The notes beneath the pieces were generated by a model. The model was not told the DNA's origin. It did not search any database and was given only the letters and a program-made list of their open reading frames with translations. The position numbers and the translations under genes were made by a program. From Candidatus Poribacteria bacterium (GTDB lineage: Bacteria; Poribacteria; WGA-4E; PCPOR2b), in contig OZ244042.1 in the NCBI GenBank assembly GCA_965215015.1, positions 2,432,001-2,496,000 of the forward strand: 64,000 nucleotides of DNA, read 5' to 3'. Each line of letters begins with the position of its first letter. Position 1 is the stretch's first letter. Shown in pieces: positions 7,113-18,303 of the stretch.

Positions 7113-9488
7113 ATGGAATCTCTGTGGGATAAGAAAGCAATGTCAGTGAAAATTACAGAAACGGACCTGAAAGCTGCCCTACCTGATATCACCACCACGA
7201 TGCGCTTTTCGGGACTCCACAACCCCGTTGATGTGTATCGGGACAGATGGGGCATTCCTCACATCAAGGCGGAGAACGAAAACGACCTATTTTTTGCACA
7301 AGGTTTTGCTACCGCGCAGGACCGGCTATGGCACATGGATTTTGATCGACATCGGGCACTCGGCAGATGGGCGGAGTTCGCTGGGGGTAGTGGCGTCCTT
7401 CAAGACCGGCTGTTGCGAGCGGCGGGAATGGGGCGCACCGCGAAACTCGACTACGAAATCGCTAGCCCTGAAGCGAAGGTGATGATTGATGCCTACACCG
7501 CTGGTGTGAACGCCTTCCTTGACACAGCTCAAACCCTGCCTATTGAATACACAATCCTTGACCAAATCCCTGAACGCTGGGAGAATTGGCACTGTCTCGC
7601 TGTCTACAAGATACGCAATACCCTCTTGGGAACGTTTGAACCGAAGCTTTACCGGATGCGCTTGGTAAAGGCACTCGGCCCCGATAGACTCGCTGAACTC
7701 ATGAGGGGATACCCGAGTGGTCACCTGCTCACTGTGCCGCCGGGCGAAACTTATGAAGGCCCCTCCCTTGAAGGGCTTGATGAACTGAGCGAGGCCGCTA
7801 AAGCGGCGAACTGGCTTGATGAGGTGGATGCGGGGTCAAATGGCTGGTCGATTTCCGGTGAACTGACCGAATCGGGGTTGCCACTGGTGGGGGGTGACTC
7901 GCATCGCGCCCTTGATACACCGAGCGTTTACTACCAAGTCCACCTATCGTGTCCTGAATTTACGGTTATCGGTCACGCTGTGCCGGGGATGCCGGGAGCG
8001 CTCCACTTCTGCCACAACGAGTATGTAGCGTGGGGGATGACGCATGGCGGCGCGGATACACAGGACCTCTTTATTGAACGCTTCCGTGAGGGGCCAAATA
8101 GTCGTGAGTATCTGTTCAAGGAGGAGTGGAGACCTGCGGAAGTGCTTAACGAAACAATTGAGGTGCGTGGTGCCGACGCAGTGCCGCTGGAGGTGACGAT
8201 TACCCACCACGGTCCCGTTGTCGCCGGTGATCCCGCATCGGGGATGGCCATATCAATCAGTGATCCGGGATTAATTGCCGGATCCCCGTGGGTTGATGCC
8301 GCACGCGACGCCATGCAAGCGAAGTCCGTAGATGAATTGCATGAGGCATTTCGCAACTGGACAGATCGTGTAAATAACTACGCTGTCGGTGATGTGCACG
8401 GGAATTTTGGCTACCTGCACGAGGGCAAAATCCCGATTCGGCCCGAATCAAACGGTTGGCGAGCGGTGCCGGGTTGGACGGGCGAATATGAGTGGAATGG
8501 CTACATCCCCCACGACGAACTGCCAAAAGCTATCAACCCCGACACCGATTATGTAATCACTTGCAACCAACGTGTTGCCGATTACGACTACCCCTACTAT
8601 GTGGGACTGTCTTTCACACCTGAGTATCGCGCTCGACGGGTTCAAGCGCAGATTCTTTCGCTTGAACCGGGGACCGCAACTATTGACGATATGGCGCGTA
8701 TTCACGCCGAACGAATCTCAAATCCGGCGCGTATCTTCACAGAAGCGTTAGTCCGCGTCACACCGCTTGACGAAGATTCGGCGGAAGCCCTGGGGCTGCT
8801 ACGAGCGTGGGGCTATAGCATGGATCGCGACCAAACCCAACCGTTGATTTATGCCAAGACCAAAACACATGTCATCGAATTTCTACTCGATTATCTGATG
8901 GAAGATATGGCGGAGGAGGTATTTTCAGGTGCTGCGGGAAGTGATGCCCATGTCCGGCAGATCGTAGTGGAAATGAACCTGGCACTTGAGGGGGAGCACA
9001 TCTTCTTCTTGCTACCGCCCAGATACGATTGGTCCGATGTGCTGGCTTCCGCACTCCGGCTTGCTGTTGCGGACCTCAAAGAACAGCTCGGTGATAATAT
9101 GTTCAAGTGGCAGTGGGGGGAGCTCCATCACACACACCCACAACACCCGCTTTCGGTGGTGTTTCCAGAGTTTGCCGACCTGCTAAATCCCCCGTCGATC
9201 CCGACGCATGGGGATGGCGACACACCGCTTGCTGGGAGTTATGCCCTCCACAACGAATTCATCGCCACAGGCATGTCCGTCAATCGTTATATCCACGATC
9301 CGTCAGACTGGACCAATTCACGGTGGATTGTGCCGTTGGGTGCATCAGGGCACCCCGGCAGCCCACACTATGCGGATCAGGCAGAAATGTGGGCAAACGT
9401 CGAGTATATCCCGCAACTTTGGGACTGGCAACAGATTTCGGCTGAAGCGGAATCGCAGCAACGAATCGAACCGGCAGAATCAGGGTAG
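7113..9488 (+). CDS. Penicillin acylase-family Ntn hydrolase
   Basis: RDRWGIPHI, AQDRLWHMD, beta-subunit start GSNGW, SGHPGSPHYADQ. Start may be 7140. Confidence 0.9.
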   Translation: MESLWDKKAMSVKITETDLKAALPDITTTMRFSGLHNPVDVYRDRWGIPHIKAENENDLFFAQGFATAQDRLWHMDFDRHRALGRWAEFAGGSGVLQDRLLRAAGMGRTAKLDYEIASPEAKVMIDAYTAGVNAFLDTAQTLPIEYTILDQIPERWENWHCLAVYKIRNTLLGTFEPKLYRMRLVKALGPDRLAELMRGYPSGHLLTVPPGETYEGPSLEGLDELSEAAKAANWLDEVDAGSNGWSISGELTESGLPLVGGDSHRALDTPSVYYQVHLSCPEFTVIGHAVPGMPGALHFCHNEYVAWGMTHGGADTQDLFIERFREGPNSREYLFKEEWRPAEVLNETIEVRGADAVPLEVTITHHGPVVAGDPASGMAISISDPGLIAGSPWVDAARDAMQAKSVDELHEAFRNWTDRVNNYAVGDVHGNFGYLHEGKIPIRPESNGWRAVPGWTGEYEWNGYIPHDELPKAINPDTDYVITCNQRVADYDYPYYVGLSFTPEYRARRVQAQILSLEPGTATIDDMARIHAERISNPARIFTEALVRVTPLDEDSAEALGLLRAWGYSMDRDQTQPLIYAKTKTHVIEFLLDYLMEDMAEEVFSGAAGSDAHVRQIVVEMNLALEGEHIFFLLPPRYDWSDVLASALRLAVADLKEQLGDNMFKWQWGELHHTHPQHPLSVVFPEFADLLNPPSIPTHGDGDTPLAGSYALHNEFIATGMSVNRYIHDPSDWTNSRWIVPLGASGHPGSPHYADQAEMWANVEYIPQLWDWQQISAEAESQQRIEPAESG

Positions 9489-9589
9489 GTTGTTGATGAC
9501 TGTCAAAGAATTAATTTCCCTGTTCTCTTTCCACCAACAGCAAAAATGAAAGGAAGGATGGAAGATATGGGAGGAGGTAAACGCCTGCG

Positions 9590-10600
9590 GTGCCTAAACT
9601 TCCGGCCCCGTCCGCAAAAACAGCTATGAATAGCCGAAATAGCAAACTTTCTGAATACCTTACAGCCAAGCAAGATCGGCGCAAGAAAGCCATCCAACGC
9701 CGAAAGCGGTTGGCAGCGGGCCTGCCGGCTGCCGCTCCGTTGAAGCGCGTTTCACTCGATTATAAACAGCAAGAGGCTATTGCTTCTCTAGAAGCGATTG
9801 GTACGGCAAAACGCAAGCGGACCTTTGTCACCCGGCACTTTGCATGGCCCGTCTCGCTCGGCCTCCATCTCTTTGCGGCCTTTCTGCTGACCCTCTACGT
9901 CGTTCAAGAGTATATCCCCGAAAACGAGTCTGTCTCCCTGGCCTTCGTGAATCCAATTCGTGAACCCCGGGTTATAAGGCGCCGATCTCCTATAAAACCC
10001 GCGGCACCAGCCAAATCATTGAAAATTCAGGCACAGCGTGTACCGCGGTCAACGCCGGCAGCTGTGGAAATCCCAACGGAGGAGGCACGATTTTATACAC
10101 CGGAGGATGATCTCGTTGATGCAGGGGCGGGGCCAACCGCTGGTGGTGTTGCAATACCCGAAGGGCTCGGTAACATTCAGGTCGAGCAGCAGCGCGCAGA
10201 AATTCCGACGGAAGCACTGGAGCTCAAAATCGAACGCTCCACGTCGATTGCCCCGGAAGATAGTGAAATAGGTATTTCCGATGCCGGCCTCGGTGGCCGC
10301 ACCATTGAGGCAGAGGGGTTGGTGGAGGTCGAACAAAAACCTCGCTTCCTCAGAAGGGTTGAGCCAAAGTACCCTGAACCTGCAAAACGCGCTGCACTGG
10401 AAGGCGTTGTTGAACTTGAGGCGACTATCGGCGTGGACGGAAGGGCAAAGGACATTAAGGTGGTGCAACCGTTAGGATTTGGCTGCGATGAGGCGGCGGT
10501 TGAAGCCCTAAAAAAATCACGCTTTACCCCAGCCAAGCGTGGCACAGAGGCCATCCCTAAACGGATACGAATTAAATTTCGGTTTACCCTTGACGATTAG
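9590..10600 (+). CDS. TonB family energy transducer
   Basis: TM anchor (VSLGLHLFAAFLL), Pro-rich linker, C-terminal PKYPEPAKRAALEGVV...FTPA TonB_C domain. Confidence 0.8.
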   Translation: MPKLPAPSAKTAMNSRNSKLSEYLTAKQDRRKKAIQRRKRLAAGLPAAAPLKRVSLDYKQQEAIASLEAIGTAKRKRTFVTRHFAWPVSLGLHLFAAFLLTLYVVQEYIPENESVSLAFVNPIREPRVIRRRSPIKPAAPAKSLKIQAQRVPRSTPAAVEIPTEEARFYTPEDDLVDAGAGPTAGGVAIPEGLGNIQVEQQRAEIPTEALELKIERSTSIAPEDSEIGISDAGLGGRTIEAEGLVEVEQKPRFLRRVEPKYPEPAKRAALEGVVELEATIGVDGRAKDIKVVQPLGFGCDEAAVEALKKSRFTPAKRGTEAIPKRIRIKFRFTLDD

Positions 10601-10721
10601 ACCGCGATAGCAATTTGGGGCTGCCTGACTATCTCTGTGTGATGTTTCTGTTTCAATCGTTTTCAATTTGTAGGTTGATTTTCCAAAAGCGAAAATACCT
10701 ACAACATTGTCTTATAGGATA

Positions 10722-10839
10722 CCAGACACTGTTGCGCCACAGAATACCGGATACTATAATGCTACAATCCCGGCTCAATCGGCCCAGGGCATTGCGCTAT
10801 AGTCCGGGGAGTTTGTCGAGATATGAATCTTGACCTACA
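10722..10839. repeat. Intergenic repeat module with an inverted copy at ~14280-14372
   Basis: GCATTGCGCTATAGTCCGGGGAGTTTGTCGAGATATGAATCTTGACC matches the reverse complement of 14280-14325 and partly matches 1251-1297. Confidence 0.7.
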
Positions 10840-11029
10840 GTTGAGGCGAGCAAGCACAACCGACAAATTATTGACATTACCGTGAATCCACGAAGAAACG
10901 AGCAAGAGAGTGTGAGGAAACAGGACCCCCTACGCTCCCTCGTTCACCCACCCTCTCGTCCCGTCCCTCCGATTTCGTTAGCGTCGTTCCAACGCAACGG
11001 CATCGGGACTTCACGTTTCATACTCTGTT

Positions 11030-11776
11030 TCAATATGTTGCCCTGCCGCCGCTGACATCGTAACACTGCCCGGTCACAAAGCTGGCATCGTCCGATGCTA
11101 GGAAATGCACCACCGCTGCGACCTCCTCGGGTTTTCCAACCCGTCCCAGCGGAATCTTGCTGACCATATAATCGATAGTTGACTGCGACACCTGTTCCAG
11201 AATCGGAGTCTCAATGACCGCTGGTGAAACGCAGTTGACGTTTATGCCGTACTCAGTGACTTCTTTCGCCAAGGCTTTCGTCAGGCAGATGACGCCTGCT
11301 TTGGACGCCGAATACGGGATGAGCGTTGGATTGCCCTCCTTGCCAGCAATCGAGGCGACACTGACAATCTTGCCGTACTGCCGCTCAATCATGTGGTCAA
11401 TTACCGCTTTGCAGCAGAGAAAAACGCCCTTCAGATTCACATCCAGAACCGCATCCCAATCCGATTCATCCAAATCTGGCAACGGCGCGGTTTTCCCAGC
11501 AATTCCGGCGTTATTTACCAGAATGTCAATCTGGCTAAAGGTTTCCAACGTTTGCTGCGCCATCCGTTGTACCTGATCTAGTTTTGAGACATCCGTCTCA
11601 ATGACGAGCGATTTACGTCCCAACGCCTCAATTTCTTTTGCAACCGTTTCACCTGCCTTACGGTTCAGCTCGACTACGCCAACCGTTGCGCCGGCACCTG
11701 CGAGCCGCAGCGCAATCGCCCGACCGATTCCCTGGCCCGCGCCTGTCACAATTGCAATTTTATCGGTTAAATCCAT
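11030..11776 (-). CDS. SDR family oxidoreductase (FabG-like)
   Basis: TGAGQGIG, NNAGI, YSASK. Confidence 0.92.
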   Translation of the reverse strand: MDLTDKIAIVTGAGQGIGRAIALRLAGAGATVGVVELNRKAGETVAKEIEALGRKSLVIETDVSKLDQVQRMAQQTLETFSQIDILVNNAGIAGKTAPLPDLDESDWDAVLDVNLKGVFLCCKAVIDHMIERQYGKIVSVASIAGKEGNPTLIPYSASKAGVICLTKALAKEVTEYGINVNCVSPAVIETPILEQVSQSTIDYMVSKIPLGRVGKPEEVAAVVHFLASDDASFVTGQCYDVSGGRATY

Positions 11777-11841
11777 TAAAGTTCCTCCTTGCTATTGAGT
11801 TCAAGAGTTCATTCTAATGTACTAGTGAACCAATGAACCAA

Positions 11842-12594
11842 TTAGGTTTGGGCGTATTGCACCCAACCTGCGAAATAATGCGGTGCCCACCTGCGTGCCA
11901 GATAAAAGGTCTTGGCAGAATAGCGACCGTGGGGAGGAAGCACTTCGGCATCAATCCACGCCTCCGCTCCCGCCAAAGTCGGAAACTCAATTACCCATGC
12001 CCGATGCCATGCCTCTTGCGCTCCCATCAGCTTGAACGCTTCTAAGCGCATCAACCCGTGTTCACGAGCGACTGACTGCATTCGCTCAATATGTTCGGCA
12101 TCATCCCGCGCCTCCGGCGTTGCCTCGCTCGCCTCTGGTTGCCAACGCCCGAAAAGTAGGACAACGACGCTGTTCCTGTCCACGTCAAGTATGGGGACCC
12201 GGTGCGAATCTGTTTCGTCTGGCACAACCTGTTTGGGAGGACGAGTCACCCATTGGGAAAAGTGGCCCCGCCCCCAATGCCGTGCGGTGTAATATTCGTA
12301 GTATCCATAGCGTCCATAGGGCGGTGCCATTTCAGTATCGATCCACGCCTCTGCGCCCGTTAGGGTAGGAAACTCGATAACCCAGAAGCGTTCCCACGAC
12401 CTTTGCGGTGTCATCAGCTTAAAGCCTTCCAGACGCATCAGTCTGTGTTCGCTGGCAACCGATAACATCAGATCGACATGCTCTTGCTGATAGGCATCTC
12501 GCTCCGCTGGTGTCAAATCGTGCCACGTGGGCAGTCGACCACCCTTGTAGAGTATAATAACGCTATCTTTGCTGACTTCCGGTGTAGTTGCCAC
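11842..12594 (-). CDS. Hypothetical protein with an internal duplication (dimeric alpha+beta barrel-like)
   Basis: GTG start after AAGGAGGA. Two homologous halves, each containing EH.LMRLE.FKLM...WVIEFPTL.GAEAWID. Confidence 0.7.
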   Translation of the reverse strand: MATTPEVSKDSVIILYKGGRLPTWHDLTPAERDAYQQEHVDLMLSVASEHRLMRLEGFKLMTPQRSWERFWVIEFPTLTGAEAWIDTEMAPPYGRYGYYEYYTARHWGRGHFSQWVTRPPKQVVPDETDSHRVPILDVDRNSVVVLLFGRWQPEASEATPEARDDAEHIERMQSVAREHGLMRLEAFKLMGAQEAWHRAWVIEFPTLAGAEAWIDAEVLPPHGRYSAKTFYLARRWAPHYFAGWVQYAQT

Positions 12595-12637
12595 GGACCT
12601 ATCCTCCTTTGCGATAGGGAGGTCTTTTTTGATAGAT

Positions 12638-14071
12638 TTATCGAGAGGTGAGCCATTCCACGAGGAGGTCAACTTGCCGCAAACCTTTATCGTCGAGTGC
12701 TCGCGGTTCGATAGCCTCATGCGTGATACCTGCCACAGTGATGATCCCCGTCATTGTGGGATGCGGTGCTGCGACGCGAATAGCGGCAGCCTGTGAGGTA
12801 ATCTCAGTTTTTTGCAGAAATCCAAGGATGGGTAGCACTTTTGACATCGGGATGCGGACGATCCGAATATTGGTGTTTTTCCCAAAGACCCGCCACGCTG
12901 CCTCTCGCGTTACGGGACCCTTATTGAGGCCCTTCCTTGCACCCACTAGGGCGAAGTTCACCCCTGTTTTTTCTTTAATCAGCAGTGCGAGTGCCCCCTC
13001 GATTTGCTTTGCATCGAGCGGCTCACTGAGAGTGACAATTGGCTCCGCACCGGTCTCATCGGCGGCGGGCGGGCGGAGGTTGCGATGGCGCATCGGTCCA
13101 TCTTTAGATTTAATCCAAGCAAAACGCCCCCGCTGGAGACGACGGTGTGTTTGCGTGAGATCTATGTACTGTCCCACAACGCCTGCCGATTCGAGGACGT
13201 GGATTTCGACGTAGCCGTTGGGAGTCATGGGGCCAGGGTAGTTCACTGCTCCAGTGTTGATGCAAACAGCATCTCCTGCCTCAAACCCCTCCGGCACCCA
13301 TGCCTCAAATCTGTGGGTTGTGGCAGAGAGAACCAGATCCACCTTGTTGAGCAAGAATTGGCGTCGTTTTGGAGAAAGCACCATGTCCCACGATCCCGCC
13401 CGCGAATGCGCCGCTACTATAATCAGGTCCTTATCCCCTTTTTCGATGCCTTTGAGGGTTTCCATCATCCACACTCGGCTACTTTCCGGAAATGCTACTG
13501 CTGCGTCCTCTGGCTGATCTGAGAAGTGCATCTGAATCAGGTGAACGGTGTAATCGCTGACCGAAATTTGGGCGTAGTATTCCGATTTGTTCGGACGGAT
13601 AACGCTTGCATGGGCTTCTAGCACTACCAGATCGAGTATCGGCGCGCCCGCGCCATAATCCGATTGTTTGTGGGTCGGACTGTAGTATTCGTTCTCACCG
13701 TCCGCAACGTTGGGGTAGAAGTGCTCACGCCACCACGGCTCGGATTGTATCCAAGGGATAAAGGTATTTTCCCAGCGGTATTTGACATGATCGCCCAAGC
13801 CTATCACAAAGGCGGGATTTCCCTCCTTTATCCAAGCGGTCATCCGGGCAAATTCCACACTACTGAGAGGGGAGTCCCCCTTGTTGTCGCTCATAATGGC
13901 AAAGTGGAGGCTTGCTTGCCGATCTAGGTCCGCTATGGATTCGAGACCCGGCAGTCCTTCTCCAGTGGTAGTCTGCGGGTTAGTCACACCGGAATCCGCA
14001 TATACAGGTTGCGAAAGCCGCCATGAAATCAGCAGGATAAGTGCAAGGAGCTGTCCCAGCTTTCTCATCAT
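12638..14071 (-). CDS. Exported calcineurin-like metallophosphoesterase
   Basis: Signal peptide MMRKLGQLLALILL. Motifs SDNKG, GLGDHV, AHS, TH. Confidence 0.65.
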   Translation of the reverse strand: MMRKLGQLLALILLISWRLSQPVYADSGVTNPQTTTGEGLPGLESIADLDRQASLHFAIMSDNKGDSPLSSVEFARMTAWIKEGNPAFVIGLGDHVKYRWENTFIPWIQSEPWWREHFYPNVADGENEYYSPTHKQSDYGAGAPILDLVVLEAHASVIRPNKSEYYAQISVSDYTVHLIQMHFSDQPEDAAVAFPESSRVWMMETLKGIEKGDKDLIIVAAHSRAGSWDMVLSPKRRQFLLNKVDLVLSATTHRFEAWVPEGFEAGDAVCINTGAVNYPGPMTPNGYVEIHVLESAGVVGQYIDLTQTHRRLQRGRFAWIKSKDGPMRHRNLRPPAADETGAEPIVTLSEPLDAKQIEGALALLIKEKTGVNFALVGARKGLNKGPVTREAAWRVFGKNTNIRIVRIPMSKVLPILGFLQKTEITSQAAAIRVAAPHPTMTGIITVAGITHEAIEPRALDDKGLRQVDLLVEWLTSR

Positions 14072-14104
14072 TTGTTTTCCCTCATTTTTGTATATTAATC
14101 GTAG

Positions 14105-14235
14105 GTAGGACTTACGCGGTTGAATGCTCAATGCCTTGTCGTTCGGCGATGAATTGGGCAACTACAGCAGAGACTCCATAAGGAATCCATAGGGAACACC
14201 GATCGAGGTTCCCTACTGAAGTGCGTAACTCCTAC
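14105..14235. repeat. MITE/REP-like element, family B, with terminal inverted repeats
   Basis: GTAGGACTTACGC...GCGTAACTCCTAC. Related ends at 25776, 51380, 55410 and 63015-63146. Confidence 0.75.
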
Positions 14236-14566
14236 TAGTGTTACCAGTTATTGGCAATAGTTCTAGGGTTAGGCTGTCAGTCGAGACTCATATCTCGACA
14301 AAACCCCGGACTATAGTGCAATGTCCCGAGCGGATTAAGCCAGGATTGTCGCCCCATAGCGTCTAGTATTCTATAGCCTAGGTATTGTCGATTTTGGCAA
14401 ATCGACTGACAGAAGGCCTATGTTAGTGTATTTGGCAGTTTGGGCAACCCCGATTTCAGGGAGGGCAGGCTCTGAGCGACCATTACAGATTAGGAAACTG
14501 TGCCTACGAAGGGGGGCGACATAGGGAGCCCCGATAGGATCGGAATTCAAAGCAATATGTCTAGAT

Positions 14567-15826
14567 TTAGATTTCCCAAATGGGCCAGTCAGTCTCATGG
14601 AGCCGCTGCCAGAGGCCATCGAACCTTTCGCTGCCATCGTCCTCCCATTCGTCTAACCTGACGCCGGGCGCGAAAGATTCGTCTACGCCCTGCTTCATCA
14701 GGCGTTCCGCTTGCTGTAGGCTTTGGTAGTAGTGCTTGACACCGCCGGGGAGCGTAACGACGGAGATATGTCGCAGCCACTCCGGGGCAGACGTTTGAGA
14801 ATAACGGTTGATGGCATCTTCATCTAATTCCACGCCCAGTCCTGGTCCCTCTGGAACTTTCATGAACCCCCGCTGAACCGTGTGGCCTTGCGTAATCAGG
14901 TCATCTTCGTAGGTATGGCTCGCTGTCACGCCTGGCAACGTCGCAGTCGGCATGACTGCACCCAGATGACAGGCTAACGCTGCGGTTATACCGGTGCCGA
15001 CGTACTGTAACAGGATTGGCGTGTTTGCAGCGGCAAAAGCCCAACTGGACGCCAATGCGCTTTTGAGTGATTCATGGCTGCAGAGGGCCCCATCGAAATC
15101 GCCGGAGCGAAGCCCGATCCAAGGTCCTGAAGGTTGACGCGACGCCCCTTCTTGGATGACACCGACACCGTGCAGGTAGAATGGGATGCGAATCTCCTGA
15201 TGCAGCCGACGCCATCCTTCAACGTCATAGGCGAAAATTGGCTCTTCCACACCCTTGACTATAGGAATCTTCTCCAATTCTCGCAGGATGGGCAGGGCTT
15301 TCTCCACGTTGGTCAATGCGCCATTAAAGTCGAACTCCACACGAAAATCCGGCGGTGCGACCGCCTGCATTGCCCGTGATTGCTCGACGATGTCATAAAA
15401 TGCTCTAGCTTTGCATTTAAGCCCGCGATACCCGCGTTCAGCGGCTACCTGAACTTCAGCGGCACTATCTTCGGGAGACATGGACGGCATCCACCAACCC
15501 ATTGACACCCATTGACGCACCTGTTGCCCCATCAGCTTCCATGCGGGCAGGTCCAAATATTTGCCCATCAGGTCGTAGCAAGCCATGTCGAGGTTGAACC
15601 GCCCCTGTCCCATGAGGTGATCGAACGGATTCGTGCCGATGTATGGGTCGAGGAGCTCCTGCTCAAAGGGGGGACCGGGGTTTTCTCCCAGTCCGATTAA
15701 GCCGGTATCTGTATGAAATTTATAGACCGTCACCCGTTCGTCCAGTCCAAAATGATAAAATTGCTTGCGAATGCGTTCTTCGTAAGGAACTTGCAGGAGG
15801 ATTGGTTCAATCTCGGTGATTTTCAT
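14567..15826 (-). CDS. Mandelate racemase/muconate lactonizing enzyme family protein
   Basis: MKITEIE, TDTGLIGLGE, DMACYDLMGK, KCK, DFNG, EEPI, GPGLGVELD. Confidence 0.85.
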   Translation of the reverse strand: MKITEIEPILLQVPYEERIRKQFYHFGLDERVTVYKFHTDTGLIGLGENPGPPFEQELLDPYIGTNPFDHLMGQGRFNLDMACYDLMGKYLDLPAWKLMGQQVRQWVSMGWWMPSMSPEDSAAEVQVAAERGYRGLKCKARAFYDIVEQSRAMQAVAPPDFRVEFDFNGALTNVEKALPILRELEKIPIVKGVEEPIFAYDVEGWRRLHQEIRIPFYLHGVGVIQEGASRQPSGPWIGLRSGDFDGALCSHESLKSALASSWAFAAANTPILLQYVGTGITAALACHLGAVMPTATLPGVTASHTYEDDLITQGHTVQRGFMKVPEGPGLGVELDEDAINRYSQTSAPEWLRHISVVTLPGGVKHYYQSLQQAERLMKQGVDESFAPGVRLDEWEDDGSERFDGLWQRLHETDWPIWEI

Positions 15827-16666
15827 AGAAGGCGTCCTTTCGTCGTGATTATAAACTCGTTCATAATAGCACAGATCCGATTCTCAGACAATAGAAATGT
15901 GGAAGGGAATAAGTAGGGGCTCATGTTACATGAGCTTTCGATATTTTCGATTTTAGAAAATTGACTACAGAAGCCCGAAGTCGTTTGTTTAACTTGTTAA
16001 ATATCACCAGAACCCAGATATTGAAAATCCATCAGTTCTCTTGTAGAGGTGGGATCACCCCGCCCGTCAAGTCTTAACCTTTCGCTCCATTTATCAGCCC
16101 CGCTCGGCTGCGAGGGCTGATTTTCTCGTTCTTCGGTCCAGAGGAGCGATATGTCTATGGAAGGAAAATTCGTCCAATCTCCACGCCCCAGTTTTGAATT
16201 CCCAGCGGGGGGTATGTGTATAGAATACCACCACCCCAAATCCCCTAAAGCCCTAGTAGGGCGACATGTATATCAAAATACATCACACCCGTAGGTCGGG
16301 CATTTGACTTTGGGAAACAGTAATGATATAATTTTGCCTGCAAAACACATCACACCCGTAGGTCGGGCGTTCCCGATAAATCGGAATTTTCAACTTGCCC
16401 GATTCCAAGCCCCGGTTGCTTTGAATCCTAATCTTATCGGGCGTTGAGAGGCATCCTTACCGGCGATGAATCGCCGAGTATACCGTGCCCCTAGCGCAAG
16501 AGAATACTAGACACTGTTGCGCCACCTTTTCTGGTATTAGCTTCAAGGGTTCAACCGCATAAGCCTTACATTATATGGAAATCCGAGTGAGCCCAAAATC
16601 AAGCTGCGACACACGGAAAACCATCAACATCTTTTTAATTTCACATCTTCCGTAGGAGCATAACCA

Positions 16667-18295
16667 TTGCCAAAAAACAACACCACCGCAGCTGCAACAC
16701 AAACCACAATTCCGTTTTCCTCCCCAGATGAGGAACAATTAGACATATCCACCCTTGAAACATGGCTATGGGACGCTGCCTGTGTCATTCGAGGGACGAC
16801 CGATGCCCCGAAATTCAAGGATTTCATCTTACCCCTGATTTTCTACAAACGGCTTTCCGATGTATTCGATGATGAATGTGCGAAACAGATTGAGGAATTC
16901 GGCGATGCAGAAGTGGCACAGGAAATCATTGACGCCGACCACCAGGACGCACTCAAGAGCGGACGCAACCCAATTGTCCGTTTTTACATCCCTCACGAAT
17001 ATTGTTGGGAGGCACTTCGCCACCATCCGGCAGATGGTCGCTTGGGAGAGTTTGTCACCGAGGCGATGTACAAAGTTGCCCGCCTAAACCCACCGTTGCA
17101 GGGGGTTCTGGACGTGGAGGACTTCAACGAGCAGCGGAGCGGCCAGCGCACCCTAGACGATGACCGACTGGAGGCACTAATTGAGGTCATAAGCCAGCAT
17201 CGACTTGGGCTGCAAGATACAGAACCGGATATCCTTGGGCGTGCCTACGAATATCTGTTGCGGAAATTTGCTGAAGGACAGGGACAGAGCGCAGGTGAGT
17301 TCTACACGCCGAAAGAGGTCGGTTGGTTAATGGCACATCTCATCAACCCCGCCCCGCACACCACCATCTACGATCCAGCCTGCGGTTCAGGCGGGCTGCT
17401 TATCAAACCTCGTCTCCTATTTGAGAGGACGCACCCGGATGAAAAGAGCGCGGCTCCCAGAATCCATGGGCAGGAACTGACCGCGACCACCTTCGCCATG
17501 GCGAAGATGAACGCCTTTCTGCACGATTTCATCGGTGCCGAGTTGCATATCGGCGACACCTTCCGCAACCCGCGTTTTGTTGCTGACGATTCGGAGCTGC
17601 AACGCTTTGACTATGTAATCGCCAATCCGATGTGGAATCAGAAAGAGTATAACGATGCCTTCTACGCGGATGATAGTTGGCAGCGATTTTCCTATGGTGT
17701 TGCACCGAGTTCATCCGCGGATTGGGCATGGGTGCAGCATATTCTCACCTCTCTGAAAGAAACAGGGCGCGCCGCTATTGTCCTTGATACCGGTGCGGTG
17801 TCCCGCGGCTCGGGCGACGAACAGACCAATCGGGAGCGCGATATCCGCAAAGGATTTGTAGAGGCCGACCTGATTGAAGGCGTGATACTTCTGCCCGAAA
17901 ACCTGTTTTATAATACCACTGCACCGGGAATCATCCTGCTGCTGAACCGCAGCAAGCCAGTGGAACGCAAAGCACAAATCCTACTTATTAACCTCTCTAA
18001 ATATTCCGTCAATGAGAAACCGAAAAATGTCTTGACCGATGAAGGGATTGATGTCGCGACGGAGGTATATCAGACGTGGGAATCCCGTGAGAAGTTGAGC
18101 GCGATTATCACACTTGAAGATGTCCGAAAAACCGATTACAACCTGAGCCCTTCCCAGTTCGTGGATGTGGGGGATAAGGTGGAACATCGTCCTATCTATC
18201 AGATTCTAGCAGATTTGACAGAAGCCCGTATCGCTCGCGAAAAGGCGGATAAGGCATTGGAGGATGTGTTGGTCCGGCTTGGACTTAGCGGATAA
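16667..18295 (+). CDS. hsdM: Type I RM system methyltransferase subunit
   Basis: LETWLWDAAC, GEFYTP, YDPACGSGG, catalytic motif variant NPMW. Confidence 0.93.
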   Translation: MPKNNTTAAATQTTIPFSSPDEEQLDISTLETWLWDAACVIRGTTDAPKFKDFILPLIFYKRLSDVFDDECAKQIEEFGDAEVAQEIIDADHQDALKSGRNPIVRFYIPHEYCWEALRHHPADGRLGEFVTEAMYKVARLNPPLQGVLDVEDFNEQRSGQRTLDDDRLEALIEVISQHRLGLQDTEPDILGRAYEYLLRKFAEGQGQSAGEFYTPKEVGWLMAHLINPAPHTTIYDPACGSGGLLIKPRLLFERTHPDEKSAAPRIHGQELTATTFAMAKMNAFLHDFIGAELHIGDTFRNPRFVADDSELQRFDYVIANPMWNQKEYNDAFYADDSWQRFSYGVAPSSSADWAWVQHILTSLKETGRAAIVLDTGAVSRGSGDEQTNRERDIRKGFVEADLIEGVILLPENLFYNTTAPGIILLLNRSKPVERKAQILLINLSKYSVNEKPKNVLTDEGIDVATEVYQTWESREKLSAIITLEDVRKTDYNLSPSQFVDVGDKVEHRPIYQILADLTEARIAREKADKALEDVLVRLGLSG

Positions 18296-18303
18296 GAAAG
18301 GTA

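Noticed and set aside
16280-16370. Direct repeat CATCACACCCGTAGGTCGGGC twice upstream of hsdM
   Set aside because: Only two copies within a REP-rich spacer, which is insufficient for an array or an operator call.
17623-17637. NPMW instead of NPPY/F in HsdM as a sign of inactivity
   Set aside because: The Asn and the aromatic residue are retained and the operon is otherwise intact.
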